64,000 bases of DNA. Origin: Candidatus Marinacidobacterales bacterium. GTDB taxonomy: Bacteria > Acidobacteriota > Vicinamibacteria > Marinacidobacterales > SMYC01. The notes below the pieces were generated by a model. It had not been told where the DNA came from, made no database searches, and saw only the letters and a program-made list of their open reading frames with translations. The stretch lies in contig OZ250169.1 in the NCBI GenBank assembly GCA_965237955.1, positions 224,001 to 288,000 on the forward strand. Direction: 5' to 3'. Made by a program: the position numbers and the translations under genes. This document shows, one piece after another, positions 42,802 through 53,250 of this stretch. Each line of letters opens with the position of its first letter. The stretch's first letter is position 1.

Positions 42802-43119
42802 CTGACGACGCTTCAGTCGCCGAGCGTATTCCGGCCCGAACTTAATGCACCACAGTCGGACCGCTTCGTAAGAAACCGTGATGCCTCGCTGAGCGAGCAA
42901 CTCTTCGACGTTTCGAAAGCTCACGCAGAATCGGTGGTAGAGCCAGACGGCGTGGCTGATGATTTCCGGTGGAAATCGATAGCCGTGGTAGCTTGGCGCA
43001 TCGGTCTTCATTGGACCATTCTGTCAGTCACCAGCTCAATTTGACAATACCGTTTTGACGATGCACATGTACGCTTTTGGACTATGATATGAACACCAAG
43101 AGATCATCTCAATTGTAAG

Positions 43120-43806
43120 ATGAAGTTTCTTATCGTTGGAACCGGACGTTGTGGCTCATCTTTCCTCTCCGCCATTATTGCCAAAGCGGGGGGCTCCTTT
43201 GAAATGCCAGCGGTGGAACATTGGGCACCTGGCGGCGGAGCTTTTGACAGCTTATATATCTTGAGGGCTTATAAGTGGTACACCTGGCAGGAGTATATAG
43301 GGAACACTCTGCTTTTTGAAAGAACAGCCGGCGCGTTCATGGGCGTTTGTAGGCGAATTCTCAGGAGAGCCTTCCTGGCTGCTGACTACATCAAGTCGCC
43401 CCGGTTGGTGTGGCTGGTGCATGAGATGAGCCGGTTTGGCGAGCCGTTCGGGGTCATAGGAGTCTACCGCAAGTTCAGCAGCTATTGGCCCAGCTTTTTC
43501 CACAGTAAATTTTATACATACCAGAAGAGCAGGGACATTTGGATGGATGTCAACAACGCCATTCTTCTACAGGCTAGCCTCTACCCGTCAGCCTTGATAA
43601 GCTACGAGGAGCTGATTGACACGGCCGAAACCCATTGGGCTGAAGAGCTCCATACGCTTACCAAACTGCCGGTGAAGGAGATATTGTCAGCTAGAAAGGA
43701 ATTGCTCAGGCCGTCGCACGCGCCGAGCAATGAGTTCTTCGAGGACAATGACACGAATCGCCTATATGAGGCCCTTAGAAACAAAGGCCTAGGCAATGGG
43801 ACATAA
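43120..43806 (+). CDS. Sulfotransferase-like (P-loop fold) protein
   Basis: N-terminal IVGTGRCGSSFL resembles a 5'-PSB loop; IKSPRL, ISYEEL; visibly lower GC than its neighbours. Confidence 0.62.
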   Translation: MKFLIVGTGRCGSSFLSAIIAKAGGSFEMPAVEHWAPGGGAFDSLYILRAYKWYTWQEYIGNTLLFERTAGAFMGVCRRILRRAFLAADYIKSPRLVWLVHEMSRFGEPFGVIGVYRKFSSYWPSFFHSKFYTYQKSRDIWMDVNNAILLQASLYPSALISYEELIDTAETHWAEELHTLTKLPVKEILSARKELLRPSHAPSNEFFEDNDTNRLYEALRNKGLGNGT

Positions 43807-43807
43807 G

Positions 43808-44006
43808 GGACTCTAGTCGGCCTTAGTGTCCCTTCCGGGGATGGTGGAAACCCCTCGCCTTTAGGTGAAGAGAAGACTGTCGAAGTCCCCGAAGGGGACG
43901 AGACACCGCCGACTGAAGTCGGCGGGTTGAGAATGAAGCGGGCGCGTGAAGTCGACTTCTAGTCGACGCGCCCGCTCAATCCCCCGGCTTAAAGCCGGGG
44001 GTTGAT
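43808..44006. repeat. Cluster of GC-rich palindromes, REP-like or IS200/IS605-end-like
   Basis: GTCCCC-GAA-GGGGAC, CCGCCGACT-GA-AGTCGGCGG, AGCGGGCGCGT...ACGCGCCCGCT, TCAATCCCCCGGCTT-A-AAGCCGGGGGTTGA. Confidence 0.7.
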
Positions 44007-44044
44007 TTAATTCAGGTTGTCGAAATTAACACCGGCATTGATGG

Positions 44045-44345
44045 CCGTGAGGTCAAAATACTCATGCGGCTTCCCGATGGTAGAAACGTAGCAACCCGCC
44101 AAGCCGTTCACGGGAGCGCACCTTGCGCTCGGACTGAGGTAACGGGTCGCTGGCTGGGAACAGCAGCAGATTCTCCTTGCCTTGATGATTCCTCTCGTGG
44201 TGATGGTAGACGATGTACTCTCTAAGCGCATGACGGAGCGACTTCTCGCCGAATAGGATGAGCTTCGAGAGACATTCCTCTTTGACTGACTTCACCCAGC
44301 GCTCCGCGAACGAGTTCAAATCCGGGCTCCGTGCGGGCTGTGATC
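44045..44345 (-). pseudogene. rve integrase C-terminal fragment with element right end
   Basis: SPDLNSFAERWVKSVKEECL...HERNHQG...RERLGGLLRFYHREAA*, then GTATTTTGACCTCACGG. Confidence 0.82.
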
Positions 44346-44511
44346 CGCAAGAAAGAAGACCGCGTATTGACGGGCAGACAGGCATGGGAGTTGAGGTCCT
44401 GCGAACTCGTCTTCGCCTCGGTGGAAGTTCTGCACGCTGTCGCCGCCGGGCCACCGACGCAATAACGTGCTGGAGAAAGAACGCTTTGTTCGCCGCGAGA
44501 AGCCAGGTCCG

Positions 44512-45274
44512 TCAGGCAACGCGTGACAACCGGTAATCGTGATGGAGCCCACCAAGGACCGGCCTCGAGGCGACGGCGCGCTGGTCGGGTAATTGATGTC
44601 GGTGCTGGTCCGGTTTCATCGGAAGCTCGACAGAGGTGGTGGGAAAGCCTGGGCCGAGCGATGAATGTGGTCTCGCCCGATTGTAGTAGTCACGCCATTC
44701 GGTCAAGAGTCGGCGAAGATGTTCCTCTGACAGCGGTATCAGAAAATCCAAGCACTCCCGGCGTGTGGTGCCGATGAGTCTCTCACAGTAGGCATTCGCC
44801 TGCGGTGTTCTTCGCGGTGTTCTCAACGGCCGCACACCCATCCCCCGGAGGGACCGGCGGAGGTCTGCCGAGAACTTGCCATCGCGGTCCACGATGACGA
44901 ATCGATAGTCGTGCTCGCACCTAATCGCCTCCCGGAACTGTTGCAGCGTCCACTCCGCGCTCGGATGCGCCGTCACGTTGAAGTGAAGCACCTTGCGGGT
45001 GCCGATTTCCATGACGACGAAGACGTAAAGCACGCGAAAGCGGACGGTGACTACGTTGAAGAAATCCGCAGCGACGGTCGCTTGCGCGTGATTCCGCACG
45101 AATGTCGCCCAGCGATGCGACGCATTGCGCCGGTCCGGGCCGCTGTCATCTCGAATGGGTATGTACTTCCGAACGGTACGCGGCGAGACGCGGATGCCAA
45201 GCTTGACGAGGAGCTCGTGGGCGATTCTCTCTTCGCCCCACGTGATGTTCGCGACTGCCATTTCGGCGATTCGT
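44512..45274 (-). pseudogene. rve integrase-core transposase lacking its N-terminus (cut by IS5)
   Basis: WGEERIAHEL, AADFF, DRDGKF, NAYCERLIGTTRRECLD, YNRARPHSSLG, LGGLHHDY. Confidence 0.85.
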
Positions 45275-46066
45275 TGCCTTGGTGCACAACTCGCGATCTC
45301 GGTCCACAATTGTCCTGTACTCGTGGATTCGAGGTTTCCCATGAGCATTTTCAAACGCACTCAGCGGAAGTATGTGAAGAAGGCCTATCGCGTGAGGAAT
45401 TGGCGTGAATATGAGGCGGGTCTACGCAACCGTGGGAGCCTGACCGTCTGGATCTCGCTCACCGCCGGCAAGCTTGTGAACTGGGACGCGCCCCGGCCGA
45501 GGAAGAGGAAACCGGACCGTCAACGCAAGTACTCGAACCACGCCATCGAGACGGCTGTCACCCTGGGCATGGTGTTTCATCTGTCGTCTAGGCAGAGCGA
45601 GGGATTGCTGCGATCGTTGTTCGTTCTGTTGAAGCTAGACAATGATGTGCCCGATCACACCACGATCTCGAGGCGCAAGGCGAAGCTGGGTAAGGTCCCC
45701 TTCTACCAAGACAAGCAGAAGACGCCGTTGCACATCTTGATCGACAGCAGCGGTCTCGCTGTCCACGCCGGCCAGCTGCGCAGAGCACCAAAGAGCAGGG
45801 ACTATCGCAAGCTCCATCTGTGTGTCGACGAGCAGAGTGGCGAAGTCGTCGCCGGCGAGCTGACGAGCAAAAGAGCCCGCGATTCATCGCGGGTTGCATC
45901 GCTTGTCGGACAGAGCGACAGTCCCATCTCATCGGCCAGAGCTGACACCGCATACGACGCCGGCGGCGTCTATGAGGCGATCGAGAATCACAGCGCTCAT
46001 CGCTCGCCGAGGGTGCTGATACCGCCGCGCAAGGGCGCCCAGCTCGCATCGGGGCCGGCGAGCAGC
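45275..46066 (+). mobile_element. Partial (792 bp) IS5/IS903-group copy, in tandem with the next element
   Basis: Left IR TGCCTTGGTGCACAACTC; near-identical to 46067..46858; no right end. Confidence 0.92.
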
Positions 46067-47153
46067 TGCCTTGGTGCACAACTCGCGATCTCGGTCCACA
46101 ATTGTCCTGTACTCGCGGATTCGAGGTTCCCCATGAGCATTTTCAAACGCACTCAGCGGAAGTATGTGAAGAAGGCCTATCGCGTGAGGAATTGGCGTGA
46201 ATATGAGGCGGGTCTACGCAACCGCGGGAGCCTGACCGTCTGGATCTCGCTCACCGCCGGCAAGCTTGTGAACTGGGACGCGCCCCGGCCGAGGAGGAGG
46301 AACCCGGGCCGTCAACGCAAGTACTCGAACCACGCCATCGAGACGGCTGTCACCCTGGGCATGGTGTTTCATCTGTCGTCTAGGCAGAGCGAGGGATTGC
46401 TGCGATCGTTGTTCGTTCTGTTGAAGCTAGACAATGATGTGCCCGATCACACCACGATCTCGAGGCGCAAGGCGAAGCTGGGTAAGGTCCCCTTCTACCA
46501 AGACAAGCAGAAGACGCCGTTGCACATCTTGTTCGACAGCAGCGGTCTCGCTGTCCACGCCGGCCAGCTGCGCAGAGCACCAAATAGCAGGGACTATCGC
46601 AAGCTCCATCTGTGTGTCGACGAGCAGAGTGGCGAAGTCATCGCCTGCGAGCTGACGAGCAAAAGAGCCCGCGACTCATCGCGGGTTGCATCGCTTGTCG
46701 GACAGATCGACAGTCCCATCTCATCGGCCAGAGCTGACACCGCATACGACGCCAGCGGCGTCTATGAGGCGATCGAGAATCACAGCGCTCATCGCTCGCC
46801 GAGGGTGCTGATACCGCCGCGCAAGGGCGCCCTGCTCGCATCGGGGCCGGCGAGCAGCCGACAGCGTAATCGCAACATTGCAGCACAAGCTCGGCTCGGC
46901 AAACGAAAGTGGCACACAGAATCGGGCTACAGCAAACGGAGCAAAGTCGAGACAACGTTCCATCGCTACAAGGCTATCGTGGGCTCAGCAATGCGAGCGA
47001 GAGGGTTGGCGGCACAGAGAGTCGAGGCAAGGATCGGGTGCAAGATTCTGAACACCGTGACGGCGCTCGGGATGCCTGATAGCGAGATGATCGGATGATG
47101 GGAGTCGGGGCCAAGCGAGCTCTCGGCCTCTATCGGAGTTGTGCACCAAGGCA
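46067..47153 (+). mobile_element. Complete IS5/IS903-group element (transposase 46133..47098)
   Basis: 18-bp perfect IR TGCCTTGGTGCACAACTC / GAGTTGTGCACCAAGGCA; NWREYEAGLRNRG, DSSG, ADTAYD, GYSKRSKVE. Confidence 0.94.
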
Positions 47154-47334
47154 GCAGCGAGTTGCCATCGCTGCGAATCTTCACGCGCGGGTCCCCCTGC
47201 GCGGATTGTCACCAGACCAAGGGCTCGTCGAAAACCTGCTCGCAATTGTCCATGAGGTCTGTGTGAGCAGCACGTCTACTTGCTCGAGGAGAACAGAAAG
47301 AAGAGCGAAGTCATCCCTTGAAGAGGCGCGAGTA

Positions 47335-48258
47335 TTACACGTCGTAGACGGAGCGCATCCACTCGAGCGTTCTCTCGATGCCGTCCTCGAGCGTCACCGT
47401 CTCCATCAAGCCCAGGTCTCTTTCCGCCTTCGTGATATCGACGCGCTTGTGTCGTGTGGTGAGCTTTTCCGCTTCCTTGTAAGTCACTAGGTCTTCGCTC
47501 GCGCCGGTATGCCCGAGCACGATATCGGAAACGGTCTTGATGTCGTGAATCGTCTTGCCGCCGATGTTGTAGACCTCTCCCACAGTGAAATGATTGGCGA
47601 TCTCCGCGAGAGCACGCACCGTGTCTTCGATGTAAGTGGAGGTGCGGGTGTGGTTCAAATACACCGTGTAGGGAAGCCCGTGGAGCGCGTGGTAGCAGAA
47701 CAAACAAATGACACTCCGGTAGCTGCTGTAGTGCTCGCCCGGTCCGTAGGTGTTGAACAGGCGTACCCGAACCGTTTGCGTCTCGTTGAGCAGCTCCGAG
47801 TTTCGGATCTGCATCTCGTTGACCCACTTCGTCATCGCGTAGTCGTTCATCTGCTGGACGGCGACCTTGTCCATGACGCCTTCTTCCATGACGCCGTCGT
47901 AATCGCCGTAGACTTCGGAGCTTGAGAAGTGGACGAGCCGGAAGCCGTGCTTCTCCTGGAGTCGGATGAGGTGCTTCGTCCCGATGGTGTTGGTGCGCCA
48001 CAGGGTCTCGTAGTAGTCCTCGCCGTTCCATCGACCGAACTCGGCGGCAAGGTGGTAGACGCAATCGATCGGGTGCTCGTCCCCCTGATCATCGAAGATG
48101 CGTTGGAGCTGCCGGTACTCGCCGACGTCGCAACGGTAGTACTGAGGGTCGTGGTGATGGGGTAGATCGCAAAGGAGGACATCGTGGTCGCGAGCCCGGA
48201 GCTCCTTGACCAAATGGTTGCCTACCGTCCCCAGGCCGCCGGTAATAAGAATTTTCAT
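47335..48258 (-). CDS. NAD-dependent nucleotide-sugar epimerase/dehydratase (extended SDR)
   Basis: ILITGGLGTVG, YHLAA, SSSEVYG, YAMTK (YxxxK), RLFNTYGPGE. Confidence 0.92.
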   Translation of the reverse strand: MKILITGGLGTVGNHLVKELRARDHDVLLCDLPHHHDPQYYRCDVGEYRQLQRIFDDQGDEHPIDCVYHLAAEFGRWNGEDYYETLWRTNTIGTKHLIRLQEKHGFRLVHFSSSEVYGDYDGVMEEGVMDKVAVQQMNDYAMTKWVNEMQIRNSELLNETQTVRVRLFNTYGPGEHYSSYRSVICLFCYHALHGLPYTVYLNHTRTSTYIEDTVRALAEIANHFTVGEVYNIGGKTIHDIKTVSDIVLGHTGASEDLVTYKEAEKLTTRHKRVDITKAERDLGLMETVTLEDGIERTLEWMRSVYDV

Positions 48259-49114
48259 GAGAGTTTTTCTGATGAGGTTGAAGGTTTAGAGTTTCTCCGC
48301 AAGAAGAACGATGTGCCTTCCGAGACGGGGCGCGACCCTCGAAGAAACGTGCTCCAGCGCAACGAGGGGTCCTCGCGTCCACGGCATGCGCTCGAGAAAT
48401 CCGGAGAGCACGACGTCGCTCCACGGGCCATCGAGATGGGAAACAGTGCGATCTCACAGGCTCGGTAGCCGTAGCTTTCGAAGAGCTCCCGTAGCTTGCT
48501 CTGCGAGAACTCGCGGATGTGGGCGTCTCCATGGCTCAAGATCTCTTCCATGGAGAACTGTTCCAAGGGACGGAAGCGTCGAGCCCCGACGAGACGCAGA
48601 AGCCGGCCCCACCACGTACCGTCGGCGTTGAAGTGAGGCACACTGACAACGGCGTGGCCGCCGTTTCGCAATCGCTCGGTAAGTGCGTTCACGGCCTCGT
48701 CCAGCTAGGGAACGTGCTCAAAGACCTCGCCGCAAAGGACGACGTCGAAGCTTTCGTCGAGTAGATCGTGGAACGTGGCGACTCGGAAAGAAACTTTGTC
48801 GACACCCTGAGCCTGTCTTTGCCGGGCGCACTCGTCGATGAAGCTCTGAGCGATTCCACCCCGACAACCTTCTCACAGTGAGGAGCGAGGGCAAAGACCT
48901 CCTGGCCGGAGGCACATCCGATGTCGAGCACCGTCTTGGGCTCGACGGAGAGCACCATACGCAGCAACGCCTCCTCGCGGATGAAGTTCGTGAGTCCAAC
49001 GCGGTTGATGGGTAGGAACTTTCGCTGGTTGTAGCGCTCGGCTTTTTTCTTGCCGAACACCTCCCACATGTCGCGGTAGGCGTTTTTGAACGAGTGAGTC
49101 TGCGGCATAGTCAA
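48255..49114 (-). pseudogene. SAM methyltransferase, frameshifted
   Basis: VLDIGCASG; FDVVLCGEVFEHVP and SVPHF...AHIREFS lie in other frames. Confidence 0.78.
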
Positions 49115-49168
49115 CCAAAATGACTGTATTACATCCGGTGGCGGGCGCGCAATTGCGTTCGCTGCTAT

Positions 49169-50251
49169 TTATAAGGTCTGCAGGAAGCCGAACGCTTTCT
49201 CGGTGAGGACGTCCCAGTCGAACTCGGCGCGCATGCGCTCGCGGGCACGCTTGCCGTATTGGTCGCGCTCGTGAGCCGAGTGGAGCGCGTGTTTCAGCGT
49301 GGTGGCCAACGCCTCCGCGTTGCCGGGCGGTACCAGCCACCCCGTCTCCCGGTCGGAGACGAGCCGGTGGGCGTCTCCTACCGCGGTGGCCACGACCCCG
49401 GTGCCCGACGCGAGGTACTCGGGAAGCTTTGACGGCAAGGCGTAGCGGGTGATAGGGATGTCGGGGCGAGGGACCACGGCGATATCGGCGGCCTTCAGAT
49501 GTGCGAAGACCTCGATTTGATCCAGATCCTGCTTGATCGTCGCCCTACCGGTGAGTCCGTAGTTCTCAAGCAGCCGCCTCACCTCTGCCTCTCTCGAGCT
49601 CAACACGAGGAGAAGTTGCCATGGCTCTTCTCGAATCTTCGCGAGCGCGGCGAGCAAAACGTCGACGCCCTGGTAACGTCTCGCGTTGCCGCAATAAGTG
49701 ATGACGGATCCAGCGCTCTTGTCGATCGCAGCCGGGGTCAATGCCTCCATCGCCTGCCCGTCTACACCGCCGTGGAAGGTAAAACCCGATGCGGCGTCAC
49801 CGCGGTAGAAGCGAGTCAATGGGTCGCACACGGCGGTGATACCCGTGAGCCTTTTGATGAGCATGCGATGCCAGCCTGCCGTGGCCCACTTGTGGACACC
49901 CTGAAGGCCGAGCTCGTGATGGGGCAGGCCGTGTAAGTCGACACAGGTTTTGGCGTGGCGGCCCGCCGCAAGGAGCAACGGGAGTATCGCAAGATGGGTG
50001 TGACCGTAGAAAAGATCGGGCCGAAACTCGCGCACCACACGCCGCAGCACGCGGGTTTGCAGAAGCCAATCGAGTCCTTTCCTCGGCGGATCCAGCGCCA
50101 TCGAGCGCTCCCGTGCGTCCTCGGGCAGTTCACGGGCGACGAGGTAGACATCGGCGAGCTTTCGGAGCGACTCGTAAATGGCGTACACGCGAAGAGGCGT
50201 ACCTCGCCGTCGGTTGCGTAGCGAGCCCGGGTAGTAGAAGAGGATTTTCAT
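49169..50251 (-). CDS. GT4 glycosyltransferase
   Basis: MKILFYYPG, YCGNARRYQGVD, PSKLPEYLASG; start overlaps the upstream stop. Confidence 0.9.
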   Translation of the reverse strand: MKILFYYPGSLRNRRRGTPLRVYAIYESLRKLADVYLVARELPEDARERSMALDPPRKGLDWLLQTRVLRRVVREFRPDLFYGHTHLAILPLLLAAGRHAKTCVDLHGLPHHELGLQGVHKWATAGWHRMLIKRLTGITAVCDPLTRFYRGDAASGFTFHGGVDGQAMEALTPAAIDKSAGSVITYCGNARRYQGVDVLLAALAKIREEPWQLLLVLSSREAEVRRLLENYGLTGRATIKQDLDQIEVFAHLKAADIAVVPRPDIPITRYALPSKLPEYLASGTGVVATAVGDAHRLVSDRETGWLVPPGNAEALATTLKHALHSAHERDQYGKRARERMRAEFDWDVLTEKAFGFLQTL

Positions 50252-51447
50252 TCCGGGATTTGCTCGATCGTCGTCAGAATGGTCTTGGCTCGGCGGTCCC
50301 ACGTGTAGAAGGTTGCGTCGGCCCGCGCCTGTCTGCCGAGCCGCGCGGCCTCCTCTCGGTTGTGGAGGAGGTGCGACAACCCCGAGGCCAACGCTTTTGC
50401 GGAGCCGGGCTCGACGAGCCAAGCATTCTTGTCGTGTTGCAATACCTCCCGTACCGAAGGCAGGTCGGTCGCCAAGATGGGCGCCTCGACCGCCATATAC
50501 TCGAAGAGCTTCAAGGGAGACATCGACTCCGAGTAGTGCGCAGCGTCAGGAAACGGCATGGCCGCGACGTCGAACGCGCGGATCCAGCACGGCACTTCGC
50601 GGTGGGGAACACGGTCGAAGAACTCGAGACGTTCTTTCGATACTTGGTGCAATCGAGCGACCTTGAGGTATCGGTCGACGGCGCTCATGGGACCACCCAC
50701 GCAGACGAGCATGGCGTCTTTGAGGCTTCGGTCGCCCATCGCAGCAATCAGCTCCGAGATCCCTTTTTCCTCCCCCATCGTCTGGAATCGCCCGACATAG
50801 CCGACGATTGCCCCGTCGACCGGCAATCCGAGCTCGCGGCGACAGCTCTCTCGGTCTTGGTCCACGGTGAAGTTCGTCAGATCGACGCCGTCGGGTGCGA
50901 CCTGCACACGTTCGGGCGGTGCGCCTCCGGCGACGAAAGCTTTCCTGAGTCCCTCGGTCAGGACGACGAGAGCGTCCGCGTTCCCCAGCCGCTGCGCCAC
51001 TCGAGATGAAGAAGGGGGACGGTGCGCCTCGAACACCCACCGTCTCGGTATGTTTCGACACAAGGCGAGTCCGGCGAGCGTCATGAGAGGGTCGCGACTG
51101 TAAAAGGTGACGTCTCCAGTCGCGGAGAAGCGACGGCTTTCGAGAAGTATGCTGGCGGTGGCGGTGAAATCGAGCGTCCAGAACCAAAGCGATTCCGAGA
51201 TCCGCTTGAGGAATCCGACGTCGAAGCAAGGCAGGCGCTTAGCCTCGAATACAGGACGTACTCCATAGAAGGAGAACGGGCCGTCGGAAGAAGCCATTCC
51301 CGGAGGTTGCCGCCGGTGGGGGTAAAGCAAGGTGACGTCGAGCCCGTTGTCGGCGAACGCCTCGCACATCTTCATGATCTGCAGGCCGTGCGCCTTCTCG
51401 GTAGGAAGACGCGCGCTCGTGAGATAGACAAGTCTCTTGAGGCTCAC
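50248..51447 (-). CDS. GT4 glycosyltransferase
   Basis: RLPTEKAHGLQIMKMCEAF, APDGVD, SPLKLFEYMA, TWDRRA. Confidence 0.93.
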   Translation of the reverse strand: MSLKRLVYLTSARLPTEKAHGLQIMKMCEAFADNGLDVTLLYPHRRQPPGMASSDGPFSFYGVRPVFEAKRLPCFDVGFLKRISESLWFWTLDFTATASILLESRRFSATGDVTFYSRDPLMTLAGLALCRNIPRRWVFEAHRPPSSSRVAQRLGNADALVVLTEGLRKAFVAGGAPPERVQVAPDGVDLTNFTVDQDRESCRRELGLPVDGAIVGYVGRFQTMGEEKGISELIAAMGDRSLKDAMLVCVGGPMSAVDRYLKVARLHQVSKERLEFFDRVPHREVPCWIRAFDVAAMPFPDAAHYSESMSPLKLFEYMAVEAPILATDLPSVREVLQHDKNAWLVEPGSAKALASGLSHLLHNREEAARLGRQARADATFYTWDRRAKTILTTIEQIPE

Positions 51448-51619
51448 CGCGCTGTGTCCTCACCGATCGTATTCAAGATTCCTTCAGTGAGCCGATCGAG
51501 ATCGCGAGATCCGATCCCTCGACGACGACGCGCTCCGGGGACGGCCACGTGATAGACTGCGCCGAATCCCGGCAACATGCTCAAGACCTGCCTGCCACTC
51601 AGTGCGTGGCGGCGAGTGA

Positions 51620-51930
51620 GTGAAGGGAGCCGAGTCGGTCAGCATCGGAGCGGGCTTCGGGATCTCGATACGCGCCCTCGCGACCTTGGTTGCAGAGTTA
51701 ACTGGTGTTCACGGCACCGACTCTCGCGAACGGCTGAAACCAGCATTGGAAAGGTATCGCACCCCACCAGGTAGCCTCCTCACGCTCGACCGTACAATAG
51801 AAATCTATCACTCGGCGCGGCCTTTCGACACCGATGAAGCAGAAGCCACAGTGAGACTACTCGTTTTCACCCAGGCGGTCGATTTGGATAACCCCGTCTT
51901 GGGCTTCTTTCACTCTTGGCTTCGAAAAAG
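51620..51930 (+). pseudogene. Epimerase/GDP-fucose-synthase-like C-terminal remnant followed by a GT4 N-terminal remnant
   Basis: VSIGAGFGISIRALATLVAELTG; then VRLLVFTQAVDLDNPVLGFFHSWL, similar to the start of 60263..61342. Confidence 0.55.
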
Positions 51931-52357
51931 GGATTGTCCAGCAAACTAGCCAAGGGGTTCTAGGAACCCCTTGGCCGCTTCACGATGCGCTTGCTTGGAT
52001 CTAGTGGTTTGGCCGCTGCGAACATTGCCTTCGCGATCTGCTCGGCGGTCGCATGAAGTTCGATCCCGTGATTGGACATCCTGGCCCGCGCTTCGGTGCC
52101 TTCTGTTGCTTCTGCTTCATTGATTTCCAACTCCTCGTGTGAGTATATACTATTCCGCATGCCGTAAAGCATCAACGTCGAACCCAACCCTGACGAGTCC
52201 GCCATCCAGGAGATCGTCGCCAGGGCAAAAGGCAAGAACCCAGCCGTAGCGATGCTTGGATGCCTGGACGGGAAGGCACGAGCCGAGAAGCTCTCGGCGG
52301 TCCATCGCCCGAAAAGGTGGACGGGCACGTTGGAAACGCGTACAAGAAAAGAAATCT

Positions 52358-52620
52358 CATGGCTAGGACTGTTCCTAGCACTTGGGAACCGAGCACTGTA
52401 TATCGAGCCCGGCAACATCTGGGAGAACGGGTACGGTGAAAGTTTCAACGGCGGGCTGCGGGATGAATGTCTGAATGGAGAAATCTTCTATTCCCTGAAG
52501 GAAGCACAGAGCGTGATCGGACAGTGGCGGCAGCAATACAACACGGTTCGGCCGCGCGCGGCGCTCGGGGTATAGACCCCCGGCGCCGGGGGCCTATACC
52601 CCTGTCTGGAACCCAAGTTT
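52358..52620 (+). pseudogene. IS3-family transposase C-terminal fragment
   Basis: YIEPGNIWENGYGESFNGGLRDECLNGEIF...YNTVRP. Confidence 0.82.
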
Positions 52621-52689
52621 TACGGCCTCAGGTTGGCATGTAATATCTCTCACAAGAATTGGTACAAAACTTCGGCCTGGAGCGAGCCT

Positions 52690-53250
52690 CACCACGTGAA
52701 GCTCCGCCATCCCGGAGAGGCTTTCGAACTTTTTCTTCTGGTGCGGATCGAGCGGAAGCCGGTAGCGGCTGAAGCCGATATTCAAAACACCAAGGCGGGC
52801 GGGGCTTTCCGTCACCAGGCAGCGCCGCACTCGACGGGGGGGGCAATGGGAACGCTGGACCGGTGCACCGCGGAGATGAACGAATTCGAGAATGGCCCCG
52901 GTGCGTTGGTCCCAGGTCCGGGAATGCATGCTCTCCCGACCAGCAGCGCTGAGCCGCTGGGCCAGGGCCGGGTCCTCCAGAAATCTGACGTATACCGCGC
53001 GCCAAATCATCAGGGGCATCGGGCTTCCTTCGCGGACGATCTCGGGCATGACGCCGACCGGCGTCGTGATCGTCGGCACTTCGCATGCCATGGCCTCCGC
53101 CGTCAAGCGCGAGCCGCCTTCGTTGCAGGAGCACGAGGCCATGATCTTGGCTTGCCGATAGACGCGGGCCACGTCGTCCGGCGTTCGAGTCAGCCCAGGA
53201 AGTACACGTTGTCGTCGACACCTCGTCGCATCGCGCGATTTTTTGAGTGA
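52690..53250 (-). pseudogene. Mosaic of GT4 fragments
   Basis: NEGGSRLTAEAMACEVPTITTPVGVMPE; PDDLARGIRQ/EDPALAQRL...TWDQR; LGVLNIGFSRYRLPL (similar to the start of 31068). Confidence 0.7.

Larger units (their letters stand above)
40778..43051 (-). mobile_element. IS6-family element interrupted by IS256
   Basis: Both IRs are present; 2274 bp = 806 + 1460 + 8-bp TSD; transposase halves at 42802..43011 and 40842..41341. Confidence 0.95.

Noticed and set aside
43808-44006. Active IscB/TnpB (OMEGA) system
   Set aside because: Only hairpins are present; there is no RuvC or HNH nuclease ORF adjacent.
45125-47098. 657-aa ORF as a novel two-domain transposase family
   Set aside because: It is explained by an in-frame tandem of one IS5 element, and its first residues are antisense integrase sequence.
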